A DNA stretch of 64,000 nt from Candidatus Tepidifontimicrobium thermophilum. GTDB taxonomy: Bacteria > Sysuimicrobiota > Sysuimicrobiia > Sysuimicrobiales > Sysuimicrobiaceae. The stretch is from contig JAVKHO010000009.1 of NCBI GenBank assembly GCA_031459915.1, positions 32,001-96,000 on the forward strand, in the 5' to 3' direction. Each line of letters starts with the position of its first letter. Position 1 is the stretch's first letter. Both the position numbers and the translations under genes were made by a program. The notes under the pieces were generated by a model that saw only the letters and a program-made list of their open reading frames with translations, ran no database searches and was not told where the DNA came from. Below, one piece after another: positions 30,857 through 40,830 of the stretch.

Positions 30857-30995
30857 GTTTGCGGGACGCGTTCCCGCAGGGGCGAAGGTGCCCGCGCTCC
30901 CACACCGGCCGGGTCATTGCGGTGGTCCCCACGGTGGTGTTGACGCCCTGTGCTACGATGGGGCCGACCGAAGGGGGTATGCGGCGGGGATCGCG

Positions 30996-33101
30996 GTGTC
31001 GAAGAAGAGCCTGGTGATCGTCGAGTCGCCCACGAAGGCCCGCACCCTGAAGAAGCTGCTGGACCGCCGCTTCCGGGTGCTGGCGTCCATGGGGCACGTG
31101 CGCGACCTGCCCAAGTCGAAGTTGGGCGTGGACGTGGACAACGGGTTCGCGCCCCACTACATCGTGATCAAGGGTAAGGGTCCCGTCCTGAAGGAGCTGC
31201 GGGAGGCGGCCAAGGACGCCGACACCGTGTACCTGGCTGCCGACCCCGACCGCGAGGGCGAGGCCATCTCCTGGCACCTGCAGACCCTCCTGAACGGGAT
31301 GAACCCCAACATCCGCCGCATCGAGTTCCACGAGGTGACCCGGGAAGCGGTGCGCCGCGCCCTGCAGCACCCCCGGGACATCGACATGAACCGCGTGGCG
31401 GCGCAGCAGGCGCGGCGGGTGCTGGACCGGCTGGTGGGCTACAAGCTCAGCCCGCTTCTCTGGCGGAAGGTGCGGGGCGGGCTGAGCGCGGGCCGGGTGC
31501 AGTCCGTGGCCCTCCGCCTGGTGTGCGACCGCGAGCGGGAGATCGAGGCCTTCACCCCGCAGGAGTACTGGACCATCACCGCGCGCCTCAGCCGCCAGAA
31601 CGACGACACCGTCTTCGAGGCCCGGCTGGTCTTTCGGGGCGACGCCAAGGTGGAACTCGCCCGCGAGGAGGAGGCCCGACGCGTCCTGGAGGAGCTGGAG
31701 GCCGCGGACTACCGGGTGGCGGAGGTACGCCGCCGGGACCAGCAACGGCACCCCGCACCGCCGTTCATCACCAGCACCCTGCAGCAGGAGGCCAACCGTC
31801 GGCTGGGCTACTCTGCCTCCCGGACCATGTCCCTGGCGCAGCAGCTGTACGAGGGGCTGGACGTGGGCGAGGAAGGTACCGTGGGGTTGATCACCTACAT
31901 GCGCACCGACTCCGTGCGGGTGGCCTCGTCCGCGCAGGAGGAGGCGCGGGCGTTCGTGCGGGAGCGGTGGGGCCCCTCGTACGTGCCGCCGCAGCCGCGC
32001 CGTTACACCGCGCGCCGGGGCGCCCAGGACGCCCACGAGGCCATCCGTCCCACCTCGGTGTTCCGCACGCCAGAGAAGGTGAAGCCGTACCTGCGGCCGG
32101 ACCAGTACAAGCTGTACCGGCTCATCTGGGAGCGGTTCGTGGCGAGCCAGATGAGCTCCGCGGTGCTGGACACCCTGGCGGTGGACGTGGCCGCGGGCGA
32201 CTACCTCCTGCGGGCCACCGGACAGCGGGTCAAGTTCCCGGGCTTCCTCGTGGTGTACCGGGAGCTGTCCGCAGACGGCGAGGAGCTTTTGGAGGGCTGG
32301 CTGCCGGAACTGGTGCCGGGGGAACCCCTGCGGCTGGTCGAACTGGTCCCGCAGCAGCACTTCACCCAGCCCCCGCCCCGGTACACGGAGGCGACCCTCG
32401 TGCGGGCCTTGGAGGAAAAGGGGATCGGTCGGCCGTCTACCTACGCGCCCACCCTGGAGACCATCAAGAAGCGGGGCTACGTGCGGGTGGTGGACCGGCG
32501 GTTGGTGCCGACGGAGCTGGGACGGTTGGTGAACGACCTGCTCCTGGAGCACTTCCCGGACATCGTGGACGTGGGGTTCACCGCGCACCTGGAGGAGGAC
32601 CTGGACCGGGTGGAGGAGGGCCAGGCCGACTGGGTGGCTGTGGTGCGGGAGTTCTACGAGCCCTTCGAGCGGGACCTCCAGCGGGCCGAGGTCTTGATCG
32701 AGGAAGTGGACGCGAAGCCGGAACCCACGGGGGAGGCGTGCCCGGCCTGCGGTCGGGAACTGGTGCGCAAACAGGGCCGGTTCGGTGCCTTCATCGCGTG
32801 CAGCGGCTACCCGGCGTGCACCTACACCCGGCCCGTGGGCATCGGGGTGACCTGTCCGAAGTGCGGCGGGGAGGTGGTGGAACGCCGGTCCCGTCGGGGC
32901 CGCATCTTCTACGGGTGTGCCAACTACCCGTCCTGCGACTTCACCTCGTGGGACCGGCCCACGGACCGGCGCTGCAGCCGCTGCGGCTACCCCATGGCGC
33001 TGCGCCGGTCCCGGAGGGGGGACACCTACTACCGGTGCGTGAACACCTCGTGCAGGGCCACCGAGACCCAGCAGGCGCCGGAGCCCGTGGCCGCGCGCTG
33101 A
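30996..33101 (+). CDS. topA: DNA topoisomerase I with C-terminal zinc ribbons
   Basis: LVIVESPTKA, GHVRDLP, DPDREGEAI, SAGRVQS, ITYMRTDS, GIGRPSTYA. Confidence 0.96.
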   Translation: MSKKSLVIVESPTKARTLKKLLDRRFRVLASMGHVRDLPKSKLGVDVDNGFAPHYIVIKGKGPVLKELREAAKDADTVYLAADPDREGEAISWHLQTLLNGMNPNIRRIEFHEVTREAVRRALQHPRDIDMNRVAAQQARRVLDRLVGYKLSPLLWRKVRGGLSAGRVQSVALRLVCDREREIEAFTPQEYWTITARLSRQNDDTVFEARLVFRGDAKVELAREEEARRVLEELEAADYRVAEVRRRDQQRHPAPPFITSTLQQEANRRLGYSASRTMSLAQQLYEGLDVGEEGTVGLITYMRTDSVRVASSAQEEARAFVRERWGPSYVPPQPRRYTARRGAQDAHEAIRPTSVFRTPEKVKPYLRPDQYKLYRLIWERFVASQMSSAVLDTLAVDVAAGDYLLRATGQRVKFPGFLVVYRELSADGEELLEGWLPELVPGEPLRLVELVPQQHFTQPPPRYTEATLVRALEEKGIGRPSTYAPTLETIKKRGYVRVVDRRLVPTELGRLVNDLLLEHFPDIVDVGFTAHLEEDLDRVEEGQADWVAVVREFYEPFERDLQRAEVLIEEVDAKPEPTGEACPACGRELVRKQGRFGAFIACSGYPACTYTRPVGIGVTCPKCGGEVVERRSRRGRIFYGCANYPSCDFTSWDRPTDRRCSRCGYPMALRRSRRGDTYYRCVNTSCRATETQQAPEPVAAR

Positions 33102-33985
33102 GGCCGCTCCTGCTGGACGTCCGCGGCTTCCTGCGGGTGCTGCGGGCAGAGCGGGGGGCTTCGAGCCACACCCTGGCCGCGTACGCCCGCGACGCGGCTC
33201 ACTTCCTGGACTTCCTGGCGGCGGAGGGGGTCACCGGCTGGTCGCAGGTGGACGTGGCCCGGGCCCGACGGTATCTGGTGCGCCTAGCCACCTCGCGCTC
33301 GCGGGCCACAGTGGCCCGGCGGCTCAGCGCCCTGCGGAGCTTGTTCCGGTTCCTGGTGCGCACCGGGCGCGTTCCTGCCAACCCGTTCCGCGGGCTCCGA
33401 GCTCCCCGGCGGGGTCGCCGGCTGCCTAACTACCTGAGCCCCGCGCAGGTCCGGGCACTGCTGGAAGCCCCGGACACCGCCACGCCCCTGGGCCTGCGCG
33501 ACCGGGCGCTGCTGGAGCTGCTGTACGGTTCTGGACTGCGGCTGCGGGAGGCGCTGGCCCTGCGGGCCGAGGACGTGCGGTCCGGGCGGGAGGTGCGGGT
33601 GGTGGGGAAGGGCGACCGGGAGCGGGTGGTGCTGCTGACCCGGGCCGCCCGGTCGGCCCTGGACGCCTACCTGGAACGCGGCCGGCCCCACTTGGCCAAG
33701 CCGGGGGTGGAAGCCCTGTTCGTCAACCACCGGGGCCGGCCTCTTTCTGCCCGGGGAGCCCAACGGGTGGTGGCCGGGTACGTGCGGGCGTCCATGGGCG
33801 CCGTGCGCGCGACCCCCCACACCCTGCGGCACACCTTCGCCACCCACCTGCTGGACGGCGGCGCGGACCTGCGCTCGGTGCAGGAGCTGCTGGGCCACCG
33901 GAGCCTCCAGACCACCCAGGTGTACACCCACACCACCCGGGCGCGGCTCAAGGAGGTCTACGACCGCGCACACCCGCGCGCCTGA
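33098..33985 (+). CDS. xerC: Tyrosine recombinase XerC/XerD (start uncertain, possibly CTG)
   Basis: ERGASSHTLAAY, RDRALLELLYGSGLR, GKGDRER, PHTLRHTFATHLL, LLGHRSLQTTQVYTH; topA-xerC-hslVU context. Confidence 0.88.
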   Translation: MRPLLLDVRGFLRVLRAERGASSHTLAAYARDAAHFLDFLAAEGVTGWSQVDVARARRYLVRLATSRSRATVARRLSALRSLFRFLVRTGRVPANPFRGLRAPRRGRRLPNYLSPAQVRALLEAPDTATPLGLRDRALLELLYGSGLRLREALALRAEDVRSGREVRVVGKGDRERVVLLTRAARSALDAYLERGRPHLAKPGVEALFVNHRGRPLSARGAQRVVAGYVRASMGAVRATPHTLRHTFATHLLDGGADLRSVQELLGHRSLQTTQVYTHTTRARLKEVYDRAHPRA

Positions 33986-34086
33986 CACGCCACCGCTGCG
34001 AAACCTGGCGGGACCGTCAACTCGGGCCCTGAAGCCGGACGCTCCTGGTGGCCTGACACCACCACGCGGTAGACTGCCAGGTGGAG

Positions 34087-34617
34087 ATGGCGCGGACGTC
34101 GCACACCACGGTGCTGGCGGTGTTGCGGGACGGTCGGGCGGCCCTGGGGTCCGACGGCCAGGTCACCCTGGGCCAGACGGTGCTCAAGCACGGCGCCAGC
34201 AAGGTCCGCCGCATCGGCGACGACGTGTTGGCCGGGTTCGCGGGCAGCGCCGCGGACGGGCTCACCCTGTTCGAGCGGTTCGAGGCCAAGCTCAGCGAGC
34301 ACCGCGGAAACCTGCCGCGGGCTGCGGTGGCCCTGGCCAAGGACTGGCGCACCGACCGCACCCTGCGGCGTCTGGAGGCGGTGCTGGTGGTTTGCAACCG
34401 GGAGCACCTGTTGATCCTTTCGGGCAGCGGGGACGTGGTGGAGCCGGACGACGGGGTGGCGGGGGTGGGAAGCGGGGGGCCCTACGCCCTGGCCGCTGCC
34501 CGGGCACTGCTGCGGCACACGGACCTGCCCGTGGACGCGGTGGTGCGGGAGGCGCTGCGGATCGCCGCGGAGATCTGCGTTTACACGAACGACCGGATCG
34601 TGGTGGAGACCCTGTAG
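34087..34617 (+). CDS. hslV: ATP-dependent protease subunit HslV
   Basis: [47 protein letters not shown]. Confidence 0.94.
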   Translation: MARTSHTTVLAVLRDGRAALGSDGQVTLGQTVLKHGASKVRRIGDDVLAGFAGSAADGLTLFERFEAKLSEHRGNLPRAAVALAKDWRTDRTLRRLEAVLVVCNREHLLILSGSGDVVEPDDGVAGVGSGGPYALAAARALLRHTDLPVDAVVREALRIAAEICVYTNDRIVVETL

Positions 34618-34656
34618 TCCGGCGTTCCTCGGGGTGGTTCAGGGATGGGTTTCCGC

Positions 34657-36042
34657 ATGGAGGAACTCACACCGCGCCGCATCGTCGCGGAGCTCGACAA
34701 GCACATCGTGGGCCAGGAGGCAGCCAAGCGGGCCGTGGCGGTGGCGCTGCGCAACCGCTACCGCCGCAGCCTGCTGCCCGAGCCCCTGCGCCGGGACGTG
34801 ATCCCCAAGAACATCCTGATGATCGGGCCCACGGGGGTCGGGAAGACCGAGATTGCCCGCCGGGTGGCCCGGCTCGTGGACGCGCCCTTCGTGAAGGTGG
34901 AGGCCACCAAGTTCACCGAGGTGGGGTACGTGGGGCGCGACGTGGACTCTATGATCCGCGACCTGGTGGAGGTCTCCGTGCAGATGGTGAAGCAGGAGCG
35001 CATACGGGCCGTTCAGCCCGAGGCGGAGCGTCTGGCCCGGGAGCGCATGCTCCGGATCCTGGTCCCCGACCCGCCGCGGCCCGCTTTTTCGAACCCCCTG
35101 GAGGCCCTGCTCGGACGCACCCCCACGGTCCCCGAGAGCAGCTACGGGCGGGAGCAGCAGGAGGTGGAGGAACGGCGACGGCTCCTCCGGCCCCGCCTGG
35201 AGGCCGGGGAACTGGACCGCGAGGTGGTGGAGGTGGAGGTCGAGGAGCAGACCTTCCCCACCATCGAGTTGATCGGCGCGCAGGGTGTGGAGGAGATGGG
35301 GATCAACCTGCAGGACCTGCTGGGCGGCCTCCTGCCCAAGCGGCGGAAGCGCCGGCGGGTGACGGTGGCGGAGGGGCTGCGGATCCTCGTGCAGGAGGAG
35401 GCCAGCAAGCTCATCGACCACGAAGAGGCCCAGCGGGAGGGGGTGCGCCGGGCGGAGGAACTGGGGATCGTGTTCATCGACGAGATCGACAAGATCGCCG
35501 GCTCGGGGCCGTCCGTGGGCCCGGACGTCTCCCGGGAGGGCGTGCAGCGGGACCTGCTACCCATCGTGGAAGGGTGTACGGTGACCACCCGGTACGGCCC
35601 TGTCCGGACCGACCACGTCCTGTTCCTGTGCGCGGGCGCTTTCCACTCCAGCAAGCCCTCCGACCTCATCCCGGAGCTGCAGGGCCGGCTGCCCATCCGG
35701 GTGGAGCTCGAGCGGCTCACCCCCCGCGACTTCGTGCGGATCCTCACGGAGCCGGAGAACAGCCTGACCAAGCAGGTGCAGGCCCTCCTGGCCACCGAAG
35801 GGGTGGAGGTGGTGTTCACCCCCGACGGGGTGGAGGCCATCGCCCGCATCGCCCACGAGATCAACGAGCGCACCGAGGACATCGGCGCGCGGCGCCTGCA
35901 CACGGTGCTGGAGCGGGTGACGGAGGAGATCAGCTTCGAGGCCCCGGAAGGGCCCCGTCAGGTGGTGATCGACGAGGCGTACGTGCGCCGGCGCCTGGAG
36001 CCCTTCCTGCGGGACCGCGACCTCAGCCGGTACATCCTCTAG
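34657..36042 (+). CDS. hslU: ATP-dependent protease ATPase HslU
   Basis: [57 protein letters not shown]; alternative ATG at 34645. Confidence 0.95.
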   Translation: MEELTPRRIVAELDKHIVGQEAAKRAVAVALRNRYRRSLLPEPLRRDVIPKNILMIGPTGVGKTEIARRVARLVDAPFVKVEATKFTEVGYVGRDVDSMIRDLVEVSVQMVKQERIRAVQPEAERLARERMLRILVPDPPRPAFSNPLEALLGRTPTVPESSYGREQQEVEERRRLLRPRLEAGELDREVVEVEVEEQTFPTIELIGAQGVEEMGINLQDLLGGLLPKRRKRRRVTVAEGLRILVQEEASKLIDHEEAQREGVRRAEELGIVFIDEIDKIAGSGPSVGPDVSREGVQRDLLPIVEGCTVTTRYGPVRTDHVLFLCAGAFHSSKPSDLIPELQGRLPIRVELERLTPRDFVRILTEPENSLTKQVQALLATEGVEVVFTPDGVEAIARIAHEINERTEDIGARRLHTVLERVTEEISFEAPEGPRQVVIDEAYVRRRLEPFLRDRDLSRYIL

Positions 36043-36126
36043 CTGTAGGACGCTCGGGCCGTTGCCCGGGTCAGGTCCTTCGAGGACGGTGCCCGGGCGG
36101 GAGGGACCTCCCGGGCGTCGGTGCTG

Positions 36127-36135
36127 TGGTATACT
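36127..36135 (+). promoter_or_regulatory. Extended -10 promoter of the rpsB operon
   Basis: TG-G-TATACT upstream of the rpsB leader. Confidence 0.6.
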
Positions 36136-36171
36136 ACGGCGGGCGCGGGCCCTGCGGGCCCGCGTACTTTT

Positions 36172-36252
36172 GCACGCCCGCCACCCGGGCCGCGTGGCCT
36201 GGGGTTCCGGTCCCCGTTCTGGGGGAGGGCGGGCGGAGGCCAACCGGGAGGG
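36172..36252 (+). promoter_or_regulatory. rpsB (S2) 5' leader RNA structure
   Basis: CGCCCGCC (36175-82) pairs with GGCGGGCG (36228-35), followed by AGGCCAACC and the RBS; resembles S2 autoregulatory leaders. Confidence 0.55.
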
Positions 36253-36258
36253 TGTTCC

Positions 36259-37095
36259 GTGCCGGTCGTCACCATGAAGCAGCTGCTGGAGGCGGGGGTC
36301 CACTTCGGGCACCAGACCCGGAGGTGGAACCCCAAGATGGCCCGCTTCATCTTCACCGAACGCAACGGCATCCACATCATCGACCTGCAGAAGTCCGTCC
36401 CGCTGTTCGAGGAGGCGTACCGGTTCGTTCGGGACACGGTGGCCGACGGGAGCCTGGTGCTGTTCGTGGGCACCAAGAAGCAGGCCCAGGACGCGATCCG
36501 GGAGGAGGCCCAGCGCGCCGGGATGCCCTACGTGAACCAGCGGTGGCTGGGGGGGATGCTGACCAACTTCCACACCATCCGCAAGCGGGTGGAGCGGTTG
36601 CGGGAGATCGAGCAGCTTCGGGACACGGGCCAGCTGGACCTGCTGCCCAAGAAGGAGCAGGCGAAGGTCCTGGACGAGCTGGCCCGGCTGGAGAAGTACC
36701 TGGGCGGGATCAAGACCATGAACCGGCTGCCCGGCGCGGTATACGTGGTCGACACCCGGAAGGAGCGCATCGCGGTGCTGGAGGCCCGCAAGCTGCGGAT
36801 CCCCCTGGTGGCCATCGTGGACACGAACTGCGATCCGGACGAGATCGACTACCCCATCCCCGGCAACGACGACGCTATCCGGGCGGTACGGCTGGTGACC
36901 AGCCGGATCGCGGACGCCTGCCTGGAAGGGCTGGAGGAGCGGCGCAAGCGGGTCGGCGAGGTGGGCGAGGAAGTGGCGGCGGAGCCGGCCCCCGGGGCCG
37001 AGGTGCCGGCCGAGGAGGAGAAGCCGGAGCCGGAGGAGCTGGGGATGGAGGAGGCGGCCTACGAAGCGTACGACGAGGAGGACGTGGAGGTCTAG
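36259..37095 (+). CDS. rpsB: 30S ribosomal protein S2
   Basis: [46 protein letters not shown]; acidic tail. Confidence 0.97.
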   Translation: MPVVTMKQLLEAGVHFGHQTRRWNPKMARFIFTERNGIHIIDLQKSVPLFEEAYRFVRDTVADGSLVLFVGTKKQAQDAIREEAQRAGMPYVNQRWLGGMLTNFHTIRKRVERLREIEQLRDTGQLDLLPKKEQAKVLDELARLEKYLGGIKTMNRLPGAVYVVDTRKERIAVLEARKLRIPLVAIVDTNCDPDEIDYPIPGNDDAIRAVRLVTSRIADACLEGLEERRKRVGEVGEEVAAEPAPGAEVPAEEEKPEPEELGMEEAAYEAYDEEDVEV

Positions 37096-37701
37096 ATGGC
37101 CGTGAGTCTGGAGCTGGTGAAGGAGCTACGGGCCCGCACCGGGGCGGGCATGATGGACTGCAAGGGGGCCCTGGAGGAGGCGGGCGGTGACCTGGAGCGG
37201 GCGGTAGAGCTGCTGCGCAAGCGGGGCCTCGCGCAGGCGGCGAAGCGGGCGGGGCGGGCCGCCACCCAGGGGCTCGTGGACGCGTACATCCACGGGGGCG
37301 GCAGCCTGGGGGTCCTGGTGGAGGTGAACTGCGAGACGGACTTCGTGGCCCGCACGGAGGAGTTCCGACAGCTGGTGCGGGACCTGGCGCTGCAGATCGC
37401 CGCCCGGGACCCACGGTACGTGCGGCGGGAGGACGTGCCGGAGGCGGAGCTGGAGCGGGAGCGCGAGATCGCGCGGGCGCAGCTGGCCCAGCAGCTGCAG
37501 GGCAAACCGCCGGCCGCGGTGGAGCGGGCGGTGGAGGGGAAGCTCGGGAAGTGGCTGGAGGAGGTGGTGCTCCTCGAGCAGCCCTTCATCCGGGACGAGA
37601 GCAAGAAGGTGCGGGACCGCATCGCGGAGGTGGTGGCCCGCACGGGGGAGAACATCGTGGTCCGCCGGTTCGCCCGCTTCAAGCTCGGGGAGGCGGGCTA
37701 G
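37096..37701 (+). CDS. tsf: Elongation factor Ts (short type)
   Basis: VKELRARTGAGMMDCK, EVNCETDFVA, GENIVVRRFAR. Confidence 0.96.
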   Translation: MAVSLELVKELRARTGAGMMDCKGALEEAGGDLERAVELLRKRGLAQAAKRAGRAATQGLVDAYIHGGGSLGVLVEVNCETDFVARTEEFRQLVRDLALQIAARDPRYVRREDVPEAELEREREIARAQLAQQLQGKPPAAVERAVEGKLGKWLEEVVLLEQPFIRDESKKVRDRIAEVVARTGENIVVRRFARFKLGEAG

Positions 37702-37751
37702 TCGCTTGCCCGGCACCGGGCGGGGAGCCCGCGGGCCCAGGCGGTACAGGC

Positions 37752-38480
37752 GTGGCGGGGCTTCGGTACGGGCGCATCGTCCTCAAGCTCAGCGGGGAGG
37801 AGCTGAGCGGGGACGGTCGTTCCATTGTGGACCCCGAGGTCCTGAGGGTGGTGGCCCGGGAGGTCCGGGCGGTACACGAACTGGGGGTGCAGGTCGCCCT
37901 GGTGGTGGGAGGCGGGAACATCGTCCGGGGAGCGGAGATGAGCCGCCTGCTGGGGATCGACAAGGTCACCGCGGACTACATGGGCATGCTGGCCACGGTG
38001 ATCAACGCCCTGGCGCTGCAGGAGGTCCTGGAGGGGCACGGGCTGGAGACCCGGGTCCAGACGGCGATCGCCATGCACCAGATCGCGGAGCCCTTCATCC
38101 GCCGGCGGGCCATCCGGCACCTGGAGAAGGGGCGGGTGGTGCTGTTCGCTGCGGGAACCGGCAGCCCCTACTTCACCACGGACACCACCGCGGCCTTGCG
38201 GGCCATCGAGATCGAGGCGGGGGCCGTGCTGATGGCCAAGAACCGGGTGCCCGGGGTGTTCGACAAGGACCCGCGGGTCCACCGGGACGCCATCATGTTC
38301 GACCGTCTGACCTACCTGGAGTACATCAACCGGGGGCTGCAGGTGATGGACACCACCACGGTGTCCCTGTGCATGGACAACGGCCTGGACATCTGGGTGT
38401 TCAACCTGCAGGAACCCGGGAACCTGGAGCGGATCGTGCGGGGCGAGCACGTGGGCACCCTGATCGGAGGTGCGCCGTGA
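37752..38480 (+). CDS. pyrH: UMP kinase
   Basis: LKLSGE, VVGGGN, DYMGMLATVIN, PYFTTDT.AALRA. Confidence 0.95.
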   Translation: MAGLRYGRIVLKLSGEELSGDGRSIVDPEVLRVVAREVRAVHELGVQVALVVGGGNIVRGAEMSRLLGIDKVTADYMGMLATVINALALQEVLEGHGLETRVQTAIAMHQIAEPFIRRRAIRHLEKGRVVLFAAGTGSPYFTTDTTAALRAIEIEAGAVLMAKNRVPGVFDKDPRVHRDAIMFDRLTYLEYINRGLQVMDTTTVSLCMDNGLDIWVFNLQEPGNLERIVRGEHVGTLIGGAP

Positions 38481-39034
38481 TCCAGGAGGTGCTCAAGGAG
38501 GCGCGCACGCGGATGCAGAAGGCGGTGGAGGCCACCGCGCGGGAGCTGGCCACCCTCCGCACGGGGAGGGCCAGCCCGGCCCTGCTGGAGCACATCAAGG
38601 TGGAGTACTACGGCACCCAGGTACCTTTGAACCAGCTGGCCACCATCTCGGTACCGGAGCCACGGCTGCTGGTGGTCCAGCCGTGGGATCGCAACGCCAC
38701 CAAGGCCATCGAGAAGGCCATCCTGCAGAGCGAGCTGGGTCTGGTCCCCAGCTCCGACGGGGTCGTGCTGCGGGTCCCCATCCCTCCGCTCACGGAGGAA
38801 CGGCGGCGGGAGCTGGTCCGGGTGGCCCGCAAGCACGCGGAGGAAGGGCGGGTGGCGGTGCGCAACGTGCGTCGGGAGGCCCGGGAGACCCTGGAGGAGC
38901 TGGAAGAGGCCCGGGAGATCTCCGAGGACGAGGCGCGGCGGGCGCAGGAGGAGCTGCAGAAGCTCACCGACCGGTTCATCGCGGAGATCGACACGCTCCT
39001 CCAGAAGAAGGAAGCGGAGATCCTGGAGGTTTGA
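38477..39034 (+). CDS. frr: Ribosome recycling factor
   Basis: LRTGRASP, YYGTQVPLNQ, PPLTEERRRELV, RVAVRNVRR. Confidence 0.96.
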   Translation: MIQEVLKEARTRMQKAVEATARELATLRTGRASPALLEHIKVEYYGTQVPLNQLATISVPEPRLLVVQPWDRNATKAIEKAILQSELGLVPSSDGVVLRVPIPPLTEERRRELVRVARKHAEEGRVAVRNVRREARETLEELEEAREISEDEARRAQEELQKLTDRFIAEIDTLLQKKEAEILEV

Positions 39035-39282
39035 TGAGCTCTCCCCCGGACGTGGTCGCCTGGCCCCTGGAGGAGGCCCTGGTGGAGCTGCGGTCGGCCG
39101 GCTGGACGCCCCAGATCCGCACCACGTCTCCGCCGCACAGCGCGCCCGCGGGTGGGCTGCCGCGGGTGGTTAGGCAGCGGGCCACCGCTGCGGGTCAGGT
39201 GGAGCTGGTGGTAGCCTGGGAGCGGTACGTGCGGCTGCGGCGGCCCAGGAGCGGGGGACCGGCTGGCCCGCACCGCCCGTGA
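39034..39282 (+). CDS. Small hypothetical protein (possibly PASTA-like)
   Basis: 82 aa, overlaps the frr stop (TGATG) and uppS start (GTGA); PDVVAWPLEEA...RVVRQR. Confidence 0.6.
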   Translation: MSSPPDVVAWPLEEALVELRSAGWTPQIRTTSPPHSAPAGGLPRVVRQRATAAGQVELVVAWERYVRLRRPRSGGPAGPHRP

Positions 39283-40052
39283 CCAGCCCCTCGGCTCCCC
39301 AGCGTCTGGACGACGAAGGACTGCGTGCCCTCGGCCTGGACCCCGCGCGGCTGCCTGTACACGTGGCCATCATCATGGACGGCAACGGCCGGTGGGCCAT
39401 CCGCCGCGGCCTGCCCCGGGTGGAGGGCCACCGGGCCGGCCGGGCGGCGATCCGTCGCACCGTGGAGGCCGCCGTGGAGCTGGGGATCCGCGTGCTGACC
39501 CTGTTCGCCTTCAGCACCGAGAACTGGCGCCGGCCCAGGGAAGAGGTGGAAGCCCTGTGTGCCCTCTACGAGCAGGTGCTGTGGGAGGAGACTCCGGAGC
39601 TGGCCCGCAACGGGGTTCGCGTGCACGTCATCGGCGACCGCTCGGAATTCCCCGCCGGCCTGCAGGACGCCATCCGCTACGCGGAGGAGTCCACCGCGGG
39701 CAACGAGGTGCTACACCTGGTGGGGGCTTTGAACTACGGGGGAAGAGCGGAGATCGTCCAGGCGGCCCGCGCCCTAGCCGAGGCGGTCTGCCGGGGTGAA
39801 CTGGAAGCCGGCGCCATCGGGGAAGAGGAGCTGGCAAGCCGGCTGCAGACGCACCCGCTGCCGGACCCCGACCTGATCATCCGGACCGCGGGGGAGAAGC
39901 GCCTGAGCAACTTCCTGGTGTGGCAGTCCGCGTACGCGGAGCTGTACTTCACGGACGTGCTGTGGCCGGAGTTCGACCGGCAGGCTCTGGTGGAGGCCCT
40001 CCGGGACTACCAGAGCCGCGTCCGCCGGTTCGGGGGGCTGGATGCTGGGTAG
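39279..40052 (+). CDS. uppS: Isoprenyl (undecaprenyl diphosphate) synthase
   Basis: HVAIIMDGNGRWA, FAFSTENWRRP, LNYGGR, PDLIIRTAGE.RLSNFL.WQ. Confidence 0.95.
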   Translation: MTSPSAPQRLDDEGLRALGLDPARLPVHVAIIMDGNGRWAIRRGLPRVEGHRAGRAAIRRTVEAAVELGIRVLTLFAFSTENWRRPREEVEALCALYEQVLWEETPELARNGVRVHVIGDRSEFPAGLQDAIRYAEESTAGNEVLHLVGALNYGGRAEIVQAARALAEAVCRGELEAGAIGEEELASRLQTHPLPDPDLIIRTAGEKRLSNFLVWQSAYAELYFTDVLWPEFDRQALVEALRDYQSRVRRFGGLDAG

Positions 40053-40830
40053 GCGTCTGGTGACCGCCGCGGTGGGGATCCCCGTGGCGGTGGTGACCGT
40101 CTGGGCCGGCGGGTGGGCGATGGCGGTTGCCGCGGGCGTGGTGGTGACAATAGGCGCGTGGGAGTTCTACAGCCTGTCCCAACGGGCGGGGTACGGTTCG
40201 CCCTGGGCGGTGGGAATCGTGGGGGCCGGGGCGCTCCCCCTGGCGGCGCAGGCGGGCGCCCGCTGGGCTCTGGCAGCGGTCGCTCTGGTGGTGTTGCTCG
40301 CCCTCGCCGGCGAACTCGCTGCCCGCCGGGGCCGGGTGCTGGGCAACGCGGCCGGTGCTGCCCTCGGGACGGTGTACGTGGGGCTGTTCGGCGCCCACTG
40401 GGTGCTGCTCCGGCAACTGCCCGAGGGCATGGCGGTCACTTTCCTGGTGCTGACCAGCACCTGGTGCGCGGACAGCGCCGCGTACTTCGTGGGCCGTTCC
40501 CTGGGCCGGCGCAAGTTGGCCCCGGACCTCAGTCCCAACAAGACCGTAGAGGGAGCCCTGGGCGGCGTGGCGGGGGGGCTGGTGGGCGCAGCGGCCGCGG
40601 GCGTGTACTTCGGACTCCCTGCGGCGTGGGTGGTGGCGGGAGGGCTTTTGTGCGCCCTCAGCGGGCAGCTGGGCGACCTGTGGGAGTCCGCGCTGAAGAG
40701 GGAGGCCCGGGCCAAGGATTCCGGTGTGGTGCTGCCAGGCCACGGCGGCGTGCTGGACCGGTTCGACGGGCTCCTGTTCTCGGGCGTGGTGGCCTACTAC
40801 CTGTTTGCGGCGTGGACGGGCGGGCTGTGA
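40042..40830 (+). CDS. cdsA: Phosphatidate cytidylyltransferase
   Basis: DSAAYFVG, SPNKTVEG, GDLWESALKR, PGHGGVLDRFD. Confidence 0.93.
   Translation: MLGRRLVTAAVGIPVAVVTVWAGGWAMAVAAGVVVTIGAWEFYSLSQRAGYGSPWAVGIVGAGALPLAAQAGARWALAAVALVVLLALAGELAARRGRVLGNAAGAALGTVYVGLFGAHWVLLRQLPEGMAVTFLVLTSTWCADSAAYFVGRSLGRRKLAPDLSPNKTVEGALGGVAGGLVGAAAAGVYFGLPAAWVVAGGLLCALSGQLGDLWESALKREARAKDSGVVLPGHGGVLDRFDGLLFSGVVAYYLFAAWTGGL

Noticed and set aside
30940..30959. TTGACG plus TACGAT as a -35/-10 pair for topA
   Set aside because: Spacing is only 8 nt; at most an extended -10 (TGCTACGAT).
33098..33985. Tyrosine recombinase as a prophage or island integrase
   Set aside because: It sits in the housekeeping topA-xerC-hslVU context, with no att sites, tRNA or phage genes seen.
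31523..33985. 820-aa ORF suggesting a long N-terminally extended recombinase
   Set aside because: The upstream part is an off-frame overlap of topA; only the last ~295 aa are XerC-like.
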